DNA of 54,613 nt from contig MRSU01001875.1 in the NCBI GenBank assembly GCA_008369845.1, positions 1 through 54,613 of the forward strand, given 5' to 3'. Below, in pieces: positions 42,767-53,323 of the stretch. The position numbers and the translations under genes are program-made. The stretch's first letter is position 1. The number at the start of each line of letters is the position of its first letter. Source of the stretch: Trichomonas gallinae. Lineage: Eukaryota. The notes under the pieces are model-generated. The model made no database searches, was not told the DNA's origin, and saw only the letters and a list, made by a program, of their open reading frames with translations.

Positions 42767-45628
42767 TTATGTTTCGGGAGGTCCCATCTTCTTCATCAAT
42801 GTATGCAGTCTACAAAGGCCGTTATACGCCCTGTTCATATCCCTGATGCATGAAATTTCATAGAATGATTGAAGTATGTTGTGATCTTTTGATGTGTTGA
42901 CGGCCAAAACTATTTCGCCCATCCATTGATCGCACGCGCGCTGTTTGATGCCCTCAACAGCAAGGAAGTTTAATATGTCTTTCTCACGTATGAGAGTGAG
43001 GTTGTTTTTGATCTTTGCTATGACTTCGTTGAGCTCCCTGTTCTTCATTGTGTGCGAGAGAGTTTTGAGAGTCGCCCAAATATCTTTCGCGCCGAGTTCA
43101 AGCATCCTGATGAACAAATCAGCGACTTCTTCGTGCTTTGGCATGTCCTGACTTGATAATAAATAGTCACACTCATATGGAACGAAATGTGGCACTAATA
43201 ATATTTCCTTGACATCTTTGACAGATGCATCGACTTCGAGCTTCGACAGATAGAATGACCTCTGAGAGACTAAGTTGTCGAGGAAATCGAGGACATCGTC
43301 GAACTCATCTGTTGTTATAAGAGCGCTCGGTAGATAGAATTTGAGAATAGCACGCCTCTTCTTGATATACTCGAAGCATGGAATCGAAATGTCATTGTTC
43401 AGCAAAATACTGCCGAGTGTTAAATTGTTCTTTGTCATCGACTTATCGAACTTTACATTCCTCAATGGTGGGAAGTCTTCGCTTAGAACTTTAATAAGAT
43501 CCTGAGGTGTTTCTTTCAGTCCGTTTGTCAGCATTGAGCCGACAACGAAGCAGAGCTTGTTCGAGCCAGGCACAGCTGAATCTACGTAGTGTGGCATCGT
43601 TGCAAACTCAAGCATCGTGTTGAAGAACGCGGATGTCGGTGGTGCTGGTTTCTCGAGTGTATCTCTTGTGAACTCTGGGTACTCCCTGAATGGCGTGAAG
43701 TTGCGGATTGATGCGCGAGCTGTCGGCTGCAGGACGTCGAGTTTCTCGCGGAGAACTTCGTTCTGAGTGAATGCGTAGTATGTTTCTAATCCGTTGAATC
43801 TCGGAGTTGTGTCGATCTGCGCCAGGCAGCTGCTCAAGGCATCGTTTGTGTTCTCGCGAGTAGATGCGTGAATGTTCTTGATGATGTCGTTGATAGACGG
43901 AGGATGATAGAATGACTCAGTACGAGAAGTGTTGCAGCTCTCTGCGATGTGTGTGCGCATTGCTGGGAGTCTCTCTTTAAGCGGAGGAGGATGTGGGAAT
44001 GTGCAGAACCTCTTCGCTTCGGTATTTTGTACTGGAGACTTCTGCGGCTCTATTTTCTTGGGTGCTTGCTTCACCAGATCTGATTTGGCCTGCACTGATG
44101 TTGTGATCTTCATCTGCGGCTTATTTTTAGGCTTGTCGTCTTTCTTTTGCTCATCTTTGTTCAAGGTGTCTGATGACTTTGAAACACTGATTCTCAGTGA
44201 AGGTTTCTCCTCCTTCTTCGGTTCCTGAGCTGGCTTCTCTTCTTTCTTGATTTCTTCTTCTTTCACAACTACAGGTGTTTGATTTATCTCGACTTTCATC
44301 TGCGGCTTCTCTTCTTCTATCTTTGCGATAATAGGTGTCTGAATGACTTCGACCTTGATTTGTGGTTTTTCTTCAACTTTAGGTTTTTCTTCGATTTTTG
44401 GCTTCTCTTCGGCTGGTTTTGGTTGTAAAATTGCTGGGATTTTTGGTTCTTCTTGTGGCTTTATTGGTTCTGTCTTCACTGGTTCTTGTTTTATGAATTT
44501 TTCTTCTGCAGCTTTTGGTGTTTCTGCCTTTGTTGGTTCTGTCTTGATAACCTCCGGTTTTGGATGCTCGACATCAACTTTTTGAATAACTTCAATTTGT
44601 TGTTTCTTCTCTTCTTTGACAACTGGCTGTTCAACCTTTGGAACAACTGGTTCTGATTGTGGTTTTGGTTCAATAATATCAGATTTAGGCGGTTCGATTG
44701 GTTTTGGCTGTTCTGCTGTCTGTGGTGTTTCCTGTTGTTTTTGTTTCTCGACTGGTTTTGGTGTTTCTTCGATTTTTTGCGGTTCTTGCTCGACTGGTTT
44801 CGGCTTTTCAACAGGTTTTGACTTCTCCTGTGGCTTTTCTGTCGGCACAAGAGCTGGTTTCACTGGAGATGAAAGTTGCGGCTTTTGCTTAGCTTTGAAA
44901 ATCTTTGGGTATTCCATGGCGTAGAAGCAGCTGAGTGTCCATTTGAAGGCCGTCTGTATGTCCTTGCACACGAAAATGCCGTAAACTTCCTTTGCATCCT
45001 TTTTATCCTTGAGCATAAACATAAACTGTCCGATTTGATGAGAACCTAAGGATTTTGGTACGAGAAAAACATTTCCTATGTATGATTCATCGTTAAAATC
45101 GTATTTCCAGCTTTTAACAAACTTATTTCCGTCGAAAACGTGAGCTTGAAATTCGAATTTCATTCCTTTTTGTAAAACTAAGCGTGCTCTGCATTCTTCT
45201 GGGTTCTTTTTGTTTGCTTCTTTGATGCAGCAGTGTGCTTCGTCTGATAAAGTGCAATAATGCGGATCGATTTTTTTTAGAAGTCCCTGGAAGATTGTAA
45301 TTGCGTCAAAGTACGCGATGAATGCATCACTGCACTTTTTGCTGTCAGTGAAGACAACATCGTAAACAATTGCCGGCTCTTTGAGATTATGAAATTCTAA
45401 ATGCGTTGCTGTGTTTCCTGGCTGTGCATTATACATAGGCAGGAAGACCCAGAACAGAGAATTTATTTTATTATCGACTGGTTTGAAGATAAGAATGGGC
45501 CCGTTACCTTTAAGCGAGTAATCTTCGTATTTTTTCATCGCAGGTGTTTTTACTTGAATGTTTCCGAAGTCTTTCAGGCTGTTGAATATGTCGAAAGGTT
45601 CCTGGAAAGACTCGGGACTGTTTTTCAT
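42767..45628 (-). CDS. 953-aa protein: PH-like N-terminus, P/E/K-rich linker, possible tandem RUN-like C-terminus
   Basis: Long ATG ORF with EKPK/EEKP low-complexity repeats. Inr-like GTCACTTTT about 30 nt upstream of the ATG on the minus strand. Domain calls are by eye. Confidence 0.8.
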   Translation of the reverse strand: MKNSPESFQEPFDIFNSLKDFGNIQVKTPAMKKYEDYSLKGNGPILIFKPVDNKINSLFWVFLPMYNAQPGNTATHLEFHNLKEPAIVYDVVFTDSKKCSDAFIAYFDAITIFQGLLKKIDPHYCTLSDEAHCCIKEANKKNPEECRARLVLQKGMKFEFQAHVFDGNKFVKSWKYDFNDESYIGNVFLVPKSLGSHQIGQFMFMLKDKKDAKEVYGIFVCKDIQTAFKWTLSCFYAMEYPKIFKAKQKPQLSSPVKPALVPTEKPQEKSKPVEKPKPVEQEPQKIEETPKPVEKQKQQETPQTAEQPKPIEPPKSDIIEPKPQSEPVVPKVEQPVVKEEKKQQIEVIQKVDVEHPKPEVIKTEPTKAETPKAAEEKFIKQEPVKTEPIKPQEEPKIPAILQPKPAEEKPKIEEKPKVEEKPQIKVEVIQTPIIAKIEEEKPQMKVEINQTPVVVKEEEIKKEEKPAQEPKKEEKPSLRISVSKSSDTLNKDEQKKDDKPKNKPQMKITTSVQAKSDLVKQAPKKIEPQKSPVQNTEAKRFCTFPHPPPLKERLPAMRTHIAESCNTSRTESFYHPPSINDIIKNIHASTRENTNDALSSCLAQIDTTPRFNGLETYYAFTQNEVLREKLDVLQPTARASIRNFTPFREYPEFTRDTLEKPAPPTSAFFNTMLEFATMPHYVDSAVPGSNKLCFVVGSMLTNGLKETPQDLIKVLSEDFPPLRNVKFDKSMTKNNLTLGSILLNNDISIPCFEYIKKRRAILKFYLPSALITTDEFDDVLDFLDNLVSQRSFYLSKLEVDASVKDVKEILLVPHFVPYECDYLLSSQDMPKHEEVADLFIRMLELGAKDIWATLKTLSHTMKNRELNEVIAKIKNNLTLIREKDILNFLAVEGIKQRACDQWMGEIVLAVNTSKDHNILQSFYEISCIRDMNRAYNGLCRLHTLMKKMGPPET

Positions 45629-46131
45629 GATAAAATCTTTGCCAAAATATATAAAAGTGACAAATTTTCTATCGGCATTTTACAAAAAAGTGTCGAACTT
45701 TACATGTCAAATAATCTTCAATTTTTGATAAAGTGTCAGATTTCCAATAAACAAATTTACGTGTCAAATATGATTGGCATCATAGGTATATCTTTAGATG
45801 TCAAATCATTTTGATAACTTTATGACCATGGATTCATTATAAGTAGAATGAAGCCTTCCCAACCACAACTATGAATTTGTCTCTCTTGCAAGCAGTTAAC
45901 CACTCTGTTTCTACATTTTGTCGAGTAAATTGTCGTGTCCAAAAAAATCTGTTGCCCGACCTGTAAAAGTGATCGACACTGCATGGATTCTAAATTAAGT
46001 CCATAGATACTGCATGGCCATAAGTGTATATATACTAGAAATCTCACAAAAAGATTCATGGAGATGATAAATTTGCATGTCAATTACTTAAAAGATAATA
46101 ATTCATTTTACAAAAAAATAAAACAAATTTT

Positions 46132-49100
46132 TTATTTTGTTTCCGTTGGTGACTTTAACGGCGGCAAATATTTGTCTAATGCGGAAGCGATTGCTGGCCG
46201 CCCGTATTTATTTGTTCCTTTGTAGGCTTGTTTATCTGAACCATATATGATTGCGCCTCTTGTTCCAGCTCTCGTCTTTGGAACTTCTCCCAACGCTTCT
46301 GAGACTTTAGGATCAGTAATCAACCCTGCGACTGTGTTTCTCGTTTGACCGCAGAACAAGCATTTGTATGAAACAGTACCAGCTGGTGTTTGAGTCTCTT
46401 TCGTGAGCTGTGCGTAAAGATCGTCGATAAACTCTTTGAGTTCTTCATGAGTGACTCTGTCTGGAACAGCCTGCTGCACGTGCTCGACTTTCTCGACGAC
46501 TTCTGTAATTTGGTATCGCATGTTTCTGAAGAACTTCTCGACGTAGTCTTTGTCGACTTTGTTTATCATCGACTGCTCTGCAACTCGAGTTCTTTCTACA
46601 GCTGTGTCGATCTTCAGCTGCAGATCTGTTCTAAGATCGACTAGATACGGAAGCATCGTCTCAAGAATGTCCTGGCGACGCTCGGCGTTAATGACTGTGA
46701 CTTCTTCAACAGGCTGAGGAATCCTTCTGCCATGGAATGGAAGATCATCGCCTGATATTGAAGGGGCTGGTGCTGCTGTGGGTTCTGGAATCATGTTGTC
46801 TGGGATCTGCATCGTGCCATCTTCGTTCTGTGATGCCACTTCTATCAGCTGGTCCAGTGTTGGACGCTTGTTGAGCGGAAGAGATTTCGGCTTCTGTGGC
46901 TTTGGTGCTGGACGAGAACTTGGAGGCTTTTCTTCGACGATGACTGGAGAACCAGGTCCACTTGTGTCTGGCGCAGAAGGAACTTCTAATGTTGTGATAT
47001 TCAAGACTGGAGGCTCCGTTGGAACATTCAGTGCATCCTTCTTCTTCTTGATCTTGAACTGATCCGTGTCAATTGTTGGAGGAGGCGGAGCCGTTGTTAT
47101 TGGCTGAGATGGAGGAGGAACAGCAAACTGGATGTCCTTGACTTTGGCCATAGCAAGCTGCAGGTCTCTAACTTCATTCTGCAGTGTTGTGATGGAATTC
47201 ACGATCTTGCCATCCTGTTCAGATGACGTGTGCATGAAGCCATACAACTCTTGTCTGACGTCTTTCGTCATGTCATCTAAATTGCTGATCTTTTCGTCGT
47301 AGCGACGTCTCAATGATCTGAGCTGATTGTCGTATGTAGATGTGTCAGCACCCATTGCTATGACTGCATCTTTGTCAGGTGGAGCATTGCTGTTCAAAAC
47401 TAAAGCATCGCGTCTCGACTTCTCCAAGACTTGCATACGTGATCTGAGGTCTTGGATTGCGTCTCTAAAGATCCTCAGCTGTCCTTCAGTGATCTCCTGG
47501 AGCTGATCGACTGAGCTTGTTGGTTTGAGTCTTGCAATTTCGTCTGACGCGTTGCTAGCGACTTCCATTGATTCATCGTTTTCTTCTTCTTGTTCTTCTG
47601 ACAGTTTCTGTTCGGGTGTGTTTGGTTTAGCTACTTCCTCTTGGTGATCTGTCTTTGGTGAATCTGGTGGAGAGACTGGTTTTGGCTTCTCGAGTTCCTT
47701 TGGTGGAGGTTTATATGATTCTGTTGATTTAGGAACTTCAACGCTCTTCGTTGCCTCTTGCTTTGGTGCTGTTTCTTGTTTAGGAATTTTAGGCGGTTTA
47801 GATGTTGGATGCATTTTAAGCTGCATTTCACGAACCAAATTAATGAGGTTAGTAATTTGCTTCTCGTTGGTTCCGATTCTTATAATAGCGGACTCGAGCT
47901 CTTCCTTTCTTTGATGTCCGTCCATCTCATAATCGACCATGTGCTGCTGCAAGTCCATGATCATCTTCACAAGGCCAGCATCAACTTTTTCGCCAGGCTG
48001 AGGTATGTACTGTGGCATGGCAATAACCTTCTTTGGTGCTGGAATATCAGCTTGAACTACGTGAATTAATATCCTTGCTTCTGGCTGCTTTTCCAATGAT
48101 TTTATTGACTCTGATGATTTCTGTTTGTTCAAGTTCTCGGATGATGTGTTGCGCTGTGCTGAGTGATGTGAAGCAGGTCTGCTTGTTGGTGTCTGTGCTC
48201 TGCTGGAAGGCTCAGTGCTCGATGAAATTGGCGGGCGAGGAGTTGTGTCATTTGACGAAATTGTCGTGGAAACACCAGTCTTTGTTGATCCATCTGGCCC
48301 TACAACAATCGCTGAAGTGTTCGGAAGAACATCAGCGTTCTTTCCAGAGAATGAGCCATGTCTTGATGGAGCATTGGCTATTTCGATGGATGCTTGAGAA
48401 ACAGCGTCTGAATGAATGATCTGTGGTCTTGATTTGAATTGATTAAACTGCTTAGAAAGAGAATCGATTTCGCCTTGCTGGACAGATATTCTGCTTTCTA
48501 TTGCCCTGAAGTGCTCTGTGTCATTCTTGGTCATCATTTCGTTCAATGAATCCTGGAGTTTCTTGATTGTTTCGTTGCTGGCGTCATCAACCTGTAAAAC
48601 AACTGGCGCTGGTTTGTAGTCTGAAACAATTGTGACGTTTTGAAGGTGCTCTAAACTAAATACTAAGTCTCTCTTTTTCTCTGTCGTGATGATAACTTGC
48701 TGGTGATCAACAACTGGGGAAGATGGTGACTTTGGTGTGTTTGGATGGAATTCTTCCTGCGACAAGTTGATGATTTTTTCGATGTAAATTGGTGGGGAAA
48801 CTAAACCTGGATGTTTCTCTGTGTGAACAATTGGTTCGTCTGAAGATTCAGATAGTCTGGGATGCGTATCAAAAACATTCTGCATTGCGATCTCGTTCGG
48901 TGTGGATGAGAATGGAGTGGCGACACTATATCTTGTCGGCGGGAATTCGCTGTTTTCTGTCTGCGTGTCTGTCTCGAAGAACTCAACTTCTTTGAGAACA
49001 ACTCTTGGCATGATGATCTTCTTCACCTGTTCAACAACTGGCTCCTCAATTACGGGTTTGTTTTGATCTTTCGGCTGCTCTATTTGAACATCTTTTGTTG

Positions 49101-50622
49101 TTTCATTTTGCGGCTCTTTTTGCTGCTGTTGTTGTTGTTGCTCTTCTTTCGGTGGCTGCTGTTTCGGTGGTTCTTCTTTTAATACATCGAGCTTCGGCTC
49201 GTCTTTTGGAGGATCTCTAACTGACGCCATGCTTCTGGATGAAGATTTGGCGCTGTTATCTTTGCTCAATTTCCTCTTCGAGCCTTTTTCAGGCTTAATT
49301 TTGATCTCAAGAAGAGAATTTCTCAACGCATCAAGCTGGACTTTGATTCCATTGAGTGTTCCTTCTTGTGTAGTCTGGGAATTCTCTCTTTCTGTCTTCT
49401 CTTGAGCTAAGCCGCTTTTAAGCTGCTCAATATCTTTTGGCGCGTCAATCAATGAATCGAATGGTTTGTATTTAGTTAAAACTTCAGAGATTGTGTGCTG
49501 AGCCTGTAGTAATTCGTTCTGTATTTCGTACTGTCTTGTAGTTAATGTCTTTTCGAGCTTCTCCATTTGTACTGCGTTCTCTGTAATCTTCTCTAAAAGG
49601 CGCTCGAACTCTTGCGAATAACCTGATATTTCCGTTTTAAGCTGCAAATGTTGTGTGCGCTGAGATTCTGCTTCTGCGATGATTTTGTTGACTGCTTTAG
49701 CTATTTGAGAGCTTCTCTCGTTGTCTGCTTTGCGTCCATCTTGAAGAGCACCGAGTTGGATCAAAATATCTTCGATTCGCGGGTCAGATCGTGATGAGAC
49801 TGGAACTGATGTAACAGTTGGCTGCATTTCGACTTTGGGGCTTTCCATTATTAGTTCTGTCTCGTCAGTTTGCGGAGATTTTGCTGATGGTATTGATTTT
49901 GCAGAAGCTGGTGAGCTTTCGATGCTTATTTCTTTTGTGTCTGCTTGTGTTTTTGCTTCTTCTGCTGGTTTCTTCTCTTCTTCTGGGTTAGATCTGTTCG
50001 AGGGCTGTTTTTTCGGTGTTGTTGGTTCTGATTTCGTTGCTGCTGATGTCGTTGATGTTGGAATTGGTGTGATTAGCGGCTCAGTAGACTGATTCTGTTG
50101 CATAAGTTGAAGAATCTGCTGTGTTGTCTGATACTGCTGATTATATTGAAGTAAAAAGTTATCAAATCTTTTCTTAAGCGTGCTTAAATCTTCTTCTATG
50201 TGGTTATCTTCGAAGCTTTTTGATGTTGTAGGGATTGGTTCCGCGATTGGTTTGTATATTTCGCCATTTGATATTGTATCAAACATATTTTGCAATGATT
50301 TCTCGAATTTCTCGCGCACATCTTTGATTTGGAATGCAAAAAATGATTTTAACTCGCGAATTTCTTCTGAGTATTCTTTACTCCTGCTTTCTTGAGACTT
50401 CTGCAGATCATTAATCTTTCTGTTGATGACCTGTAGTTCCTCAGGTGTAGCAGAATTGTCGATTGTCTGTATAGTTGTTGTCTTTTTGATCGCAAAATCG
50501 ACTCTGTTAGCGAGTTCTAATATAATATCTTTCAACGGATTGAATTGTATGCCTATGTCCAGTGCTTCCGTGTTGTGCACGAGGGATTCGAGTGTCTCTG
50601 TGCCCCTGTTAGAAACACTCAT
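46132..50622 (-). CDS. 1496-aa coiled-coil/low-complexity protein with C-terminal CxxC (DUF4795/QRICH2-like tail)
   Basis: Coiled coils alternate with P/S/T/E-rich spacers, with a Q7 tract at about 49121-49141. C-terminal NKVDK...AG...KCLFCGQ, ending in LPPLK. Confidence 0.8.
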   Translation of the reverse strand: MSVSNRGTETLESLVHNTEALDIGIQFNPLKDIILELANRVDFAIKKTTTIQTIDNSATPEELQVINRKINDLQKSQESRSKEYSEEIRELKSFFAFQIKDVREKFEKSLQNMFDTISNGEIYKPIAEPIPTTSKSFEDNHIEEDLSTLKKRFDNFLLQYNQQYQTTQQILQLMQQNQSTEPLITPIPTSTTSAATKSEPTTPKKQPSNRSNPEEEKKPAEEAKTQADTKEISIESSPASAKSIPSAKSPQTDETELIMESPKVEMQPTVTSVPVSSRSDPRIEDILIQLGALQDGRKADNERSSQIAKAVNKIIAEAESQRTQHLQLKTEISGYSQEFERLLEKITENAVQMEKLEKTLTTRQYEIQNELLQAQHTISEVLTKYKPFDSLIDAPKDIEQLKSGLAQEKTERENSQTTQEGTLNGIKVQLDALRNSLLEIKIKPEKGSKRKLSKDNSAKSSSRSMASVRDPPKDEPKLDVLKEEPPKQQPPKEEQQQQQQQKEPQNETTKDVQIEQPKDQNKPVIEEPVVEQVKKIIMPRVVLKEVEFFETDTQTENSEFPPTRYSVATPFSSTPNEIAMQNVFDTHPRLSESSDEPIVHTEKHPGLVSPPIYIEKIINLSQEEFHPNTPKSPSSPVVDHQQVIITTEKKRDLVFSLEHLQNVTIVSDYKPAPVVLQVDDASNETIKKLQDSLNEMMTKNDTEHFRAIESRISVQQGEIDSLSKQFNQFKSRPQIIHSDAVSQASIEIANAPSRHGSFSGKNADVLPNTSAIVVGPDGSTKTGVSTTISSNDTTPRPPISSSTEPSSRAQTPTSRPASHHSAQRNTSSENLNKQKSSESIKSLEKQPEARILIHVVQADIPAPKKVIAMPQYIPQPGEKVDAGLVKMIMDLQQHMVDYEMDGHQRKEELESAIIRIGTNEKQITNLINLVREMQLKMHPTSKPPKIPKQETAPKQEATKSVEVPKSTESYKPPPKELEKPKPVSPPDSPKTDHQEEVAKPNTPEQKLSEEQEEENDESMEVASNASDEIARLKPTSSVDQLQEITEGQLRIFRDAIQDLRSRMQVLEKSRRDALVLNSNAPPDKDAVIAMGADTSTYDNQLRSLRRRYDEKISNLDDMTKDVRQELYGFMHTSSEQDGKIVNSITTLQNEVRDLQLAMAKVKDIQFAVPPPSQPITTAPPPPTIDTDQFKIKKKKDALNVPTEPPVLNITTLEVPSAPDTSGPGSPVIVEEKPPSSRPAPKPQKPKSLPLNKRPTLDQLIEVASQNEDGTMQIPDNMIPEPTAAPAPSISGDDLPFHGRRIPQPVEEVTVINAERRQDILETMLPYLVDLRTDLQLKIDTAVERTRVAEQSMINKVDKDYVEKFFRNMRYQITEVVEKVEHVQQAVPDRVTHEELKEFIDDLYAQLTKETQTPAGTVSYKCLFCGQTRNTVAGLITDPKVSEALGEVPKTRAGTRGAIIYGSDKQAYKGTNKYGRPAIASALDKYLPPLKSPTETK

Positions 50623-51060
50623 TCCCTAGATAACGATTAATTTACAAAAAATTCAATTATGATTTTTTTGTGTTTTTGGATAGTGTTTATATTCATTGTT
50701 CGTTTTATCAGAAAAAAACATGAGTTTTATTTTTATATATGATTTTTATTGATGCAATATATAGAACATTAAATATATTAATGATTTATCACTTAAAAAA
50801 TGATATTTATTGAATAAATTACGATTATAAAATTAAAATATATGAAAATTATTTGAGAATTATACAGCATAACTTATATAATATGTAATTCTTTGTGTAA
50901 AATGGATTTTTTGGTTAATAACGTACAAAATTAATTATTAATGAATAAACAACTCATTCACACAGTATTAAAATATCTATCAACTGTACAATCATTTTTA
51001 AATATTTTCAGTCATGATTCGCATTAAAATATTTTTTCGAAAATATTTTGAAAATTTATA

Positions 51061-52494
51061 TTATTTCAACAGTTGTTTGAGCGATTCTTCTTCACAGTAA
51101 TCAACTGCCCTTCTTCCATTCTTGTCTTGAAGCGTGATATCAGCTCCATTCGCAATCAAGAGTTTAATTGCTTCAGCACAAGAATCTTTGCACGCCCACA
51201 TCAAAACAGACTCTTGGTTCTTCTTTTGTGCGTTGACATCGGCTCCGTTTTCGATGAGAAATTGCATCACATCAGTAAAGTTTCTCAATGCTGCAGCCAT
51301 TAGCGGAGTTTCTTTATTTTTAGTTTGGCAGTTAACATTTGCGCCAGCTTTCACTAATTCCTTAGCTTCCTCTAAATAATTCGACTCGCAAGCAATGAAT
51401 AAAGCAGTTTTTCCGTATTTCGTCTTTTTCTCAACATCACACTTCTTATTTAAAAGAGCTTTAAACATAGTCTTATTTTTCGCTCGCAAGGCTTCAATTA
51501 ATGGAGTTGATCCGTCATTATTTTGTGAATTTATATTAGCGCCGAGATTAATAAGCTCTAGAGCACTTTCGTTTGCATTTTCCCTTATAGTATAATGTAG
51601 CGCTGTGTTTCCTGCGTTATCACTGGAATTTATGTCTTCTCCTAATTCAATTATTTTTCTCATTGTTAGAAATAAGTTATGTCTTGCAGCCATATTCAGT
51701 GCGTTTTGTCCATAAAAATCTTTCTGTATTATATGCTCTTTGTCATGAAGATACTCAATTAATGATGAAATTCCAAACTTTGTAGCATCGGGCATAGAAA
51801 TTTCAGTTCTTTTGGCGTGCTTGTATAATACAAATGTATACAAAAAGAATTCCAGATTGTAATGATAATTGTAGCATTTATATTTGTATTGAATTTTCAA
51901 ATTTATTGCATAGTCAATGCAATGTGACCATACTGCGTCATCCAATGTTTGTGCTGTAGGCTCAACTGCACTTACACACTCTATAATTATATCATTATTA
52001 CGTCCAGCGAAACTTAAATCTGAACAAAATCTAGTGATTTGTGCTCCATTACTTGTTAGATAGCGGAAGCACTTTAAGCTTCCATAATATGCGGCAGACT
52101 GTAAAAGATCATCAAGATCTGAAATGTGATTTTGAATTATATATATTCCTAAACTTTCAACATCATCTGATAGAAAAATTTTGGTCAATTCATCATCTGT
52201 AGTATTTGGTTGTAGGAATGGTGGATCCTTACCAGTTATATTGAAATTTTGAATTAATTTTTGGTATAATAAGCAATATGCTTCTCTATTTCGCATATTC
52301 CTTTCATAAGCATCATACATCATATCAATAAACACGACAGCATCGACATCTTTTTGTTGAATATAATTTTCCATTCTTTCGTATAATGAATTAACATCTG
52401 TGCTTTTTAACGTATATATCTGATTCGATATTGTGATATATTGGCTGTATCTAGCTGTAAGTTCATCATATTCTTCAATAAAAAAATCAGTCAT
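51061..52494 (-). CDS. Ankyrin-repeat protein with DUF3447-like domain (trichomonad expanded family)
   Basis: SAAYYGSLKCFRYL...SFAGRNNDII, then about 7 ankyrin repeats (GNTALHY, GSTPLIEA, GKTALFIA, ETPLMAA). Confidence 0.92.
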   Translation of the reverse strand: MTDFFIEEYDELTARYSQYITISNQIYTLKSTDVNSLYERMENYIQQKDVDAVVFIDMMYDAYERNMRNREAYCLLYQKLIQNFNITGKDPPFLQPNTTDDELTKIFLSDDVESLGIYIIQNHISDLDDLLQSAAYYGSLKCFRYLTSNGAQITRFCSDLSFAGRNNDIIIECVSAVEPTAQTLDDAVWSHCIDYAINLKIQYKYKCYNYHYNLEFFLYTFVLYKHAKRTEISMPDATKFGISSLIEYLHDKEHIIQKDFYGQNALNMAARHNLFLTMRKIIELGEDINSSDNAGNTALHYTIRENANESALELINLGANINSQNNDGSTPLIEALRAKNKTMFKALLNKKCDVEKKTKYGKTALFIACESNYLEEAKELVKAGANVNCQTKNKETPLMAAALRNFTDVMQFLIENGADVNAQKKNQESVLMWACKDSCAEAIKLLIANGADITLQDKNGRRAVDYCEEESLKQLLK

Positions 52495-53323
52495 TGATTC
52501 AAAAATTTTGAAAAATTGACACTATTTTCTATGATACACATACAATATATTGTATACTTTCCCTCAATTGTCAATAAAATTTTGCTTTGTCGAAATATAC
52601 TGATAACACATATTCCTGTTATTGCTTCCTGTAATAAGTGTCTTGGAATGCATATATGGGTAAGAGATTGGTAAAATATGATTGTGAAAATTTACCTGTT
52701 TGACGTCAAATTATTTGAATTAGATTTAACGTTTGTCAAATTTTTGGGAGTGGCGTTACTATATAACAACGTCCTGCGAATGACATTATTCAAGTTACTT
52801 GTAATTTGGGTCTAAACGAAGAATTATGATGTCAAAATGACTGACTCTAAATGTTTCGTAATTTAGAACCTTATTTTTAATGGATTATTGTTCAACGAGT
52901 GAAATTCTTATAACTATGGTGTCAAGACTTAAGATTATTTCCATCATGTTTACAGCAGCCAGTTGCGCATATTCTAAGCATAAGCTTATCACATAATGCA
53001 ATAAATGAGAATGTTATTGCAATTTTAAAGTCGAAGATATCCAAGTGTTGTGAGAATAATCTAAAATGCGTTGAAACAGCAAACTTGTCATGTTGTGTTT
53101 TGGTTGATCCTAATGGAATGTTGGAAAGATGATAAAATGTGACAAGTCGTGTATTTAATTCGAAAAGTGATAATTTTTAAAAAAATTCATAAAAGTGACA
53201 ATTCTAATAAATTTGCAAATTTAAACGTACATGAAGAATATAGATTTGTAAAAGAAATAAACTCATATTACGAAGGACAGATGATTTATAGTTTACAACG
53301 AAAATTTTCATCACATTTTTATA

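Noticed and set aside
44220..44860. Repeats in the EKPK-rich region and the Q7 tract near 49121-49141
   Set aside because: Ordinary coding low-complexity sequence.
52500..53150. Possible gene relic or RNA gene in a moderately GC-rich spacer
   Set aside because: The frames I translated gave nothing recognisable, and no tRNA or snRNA hallmarks were seen.
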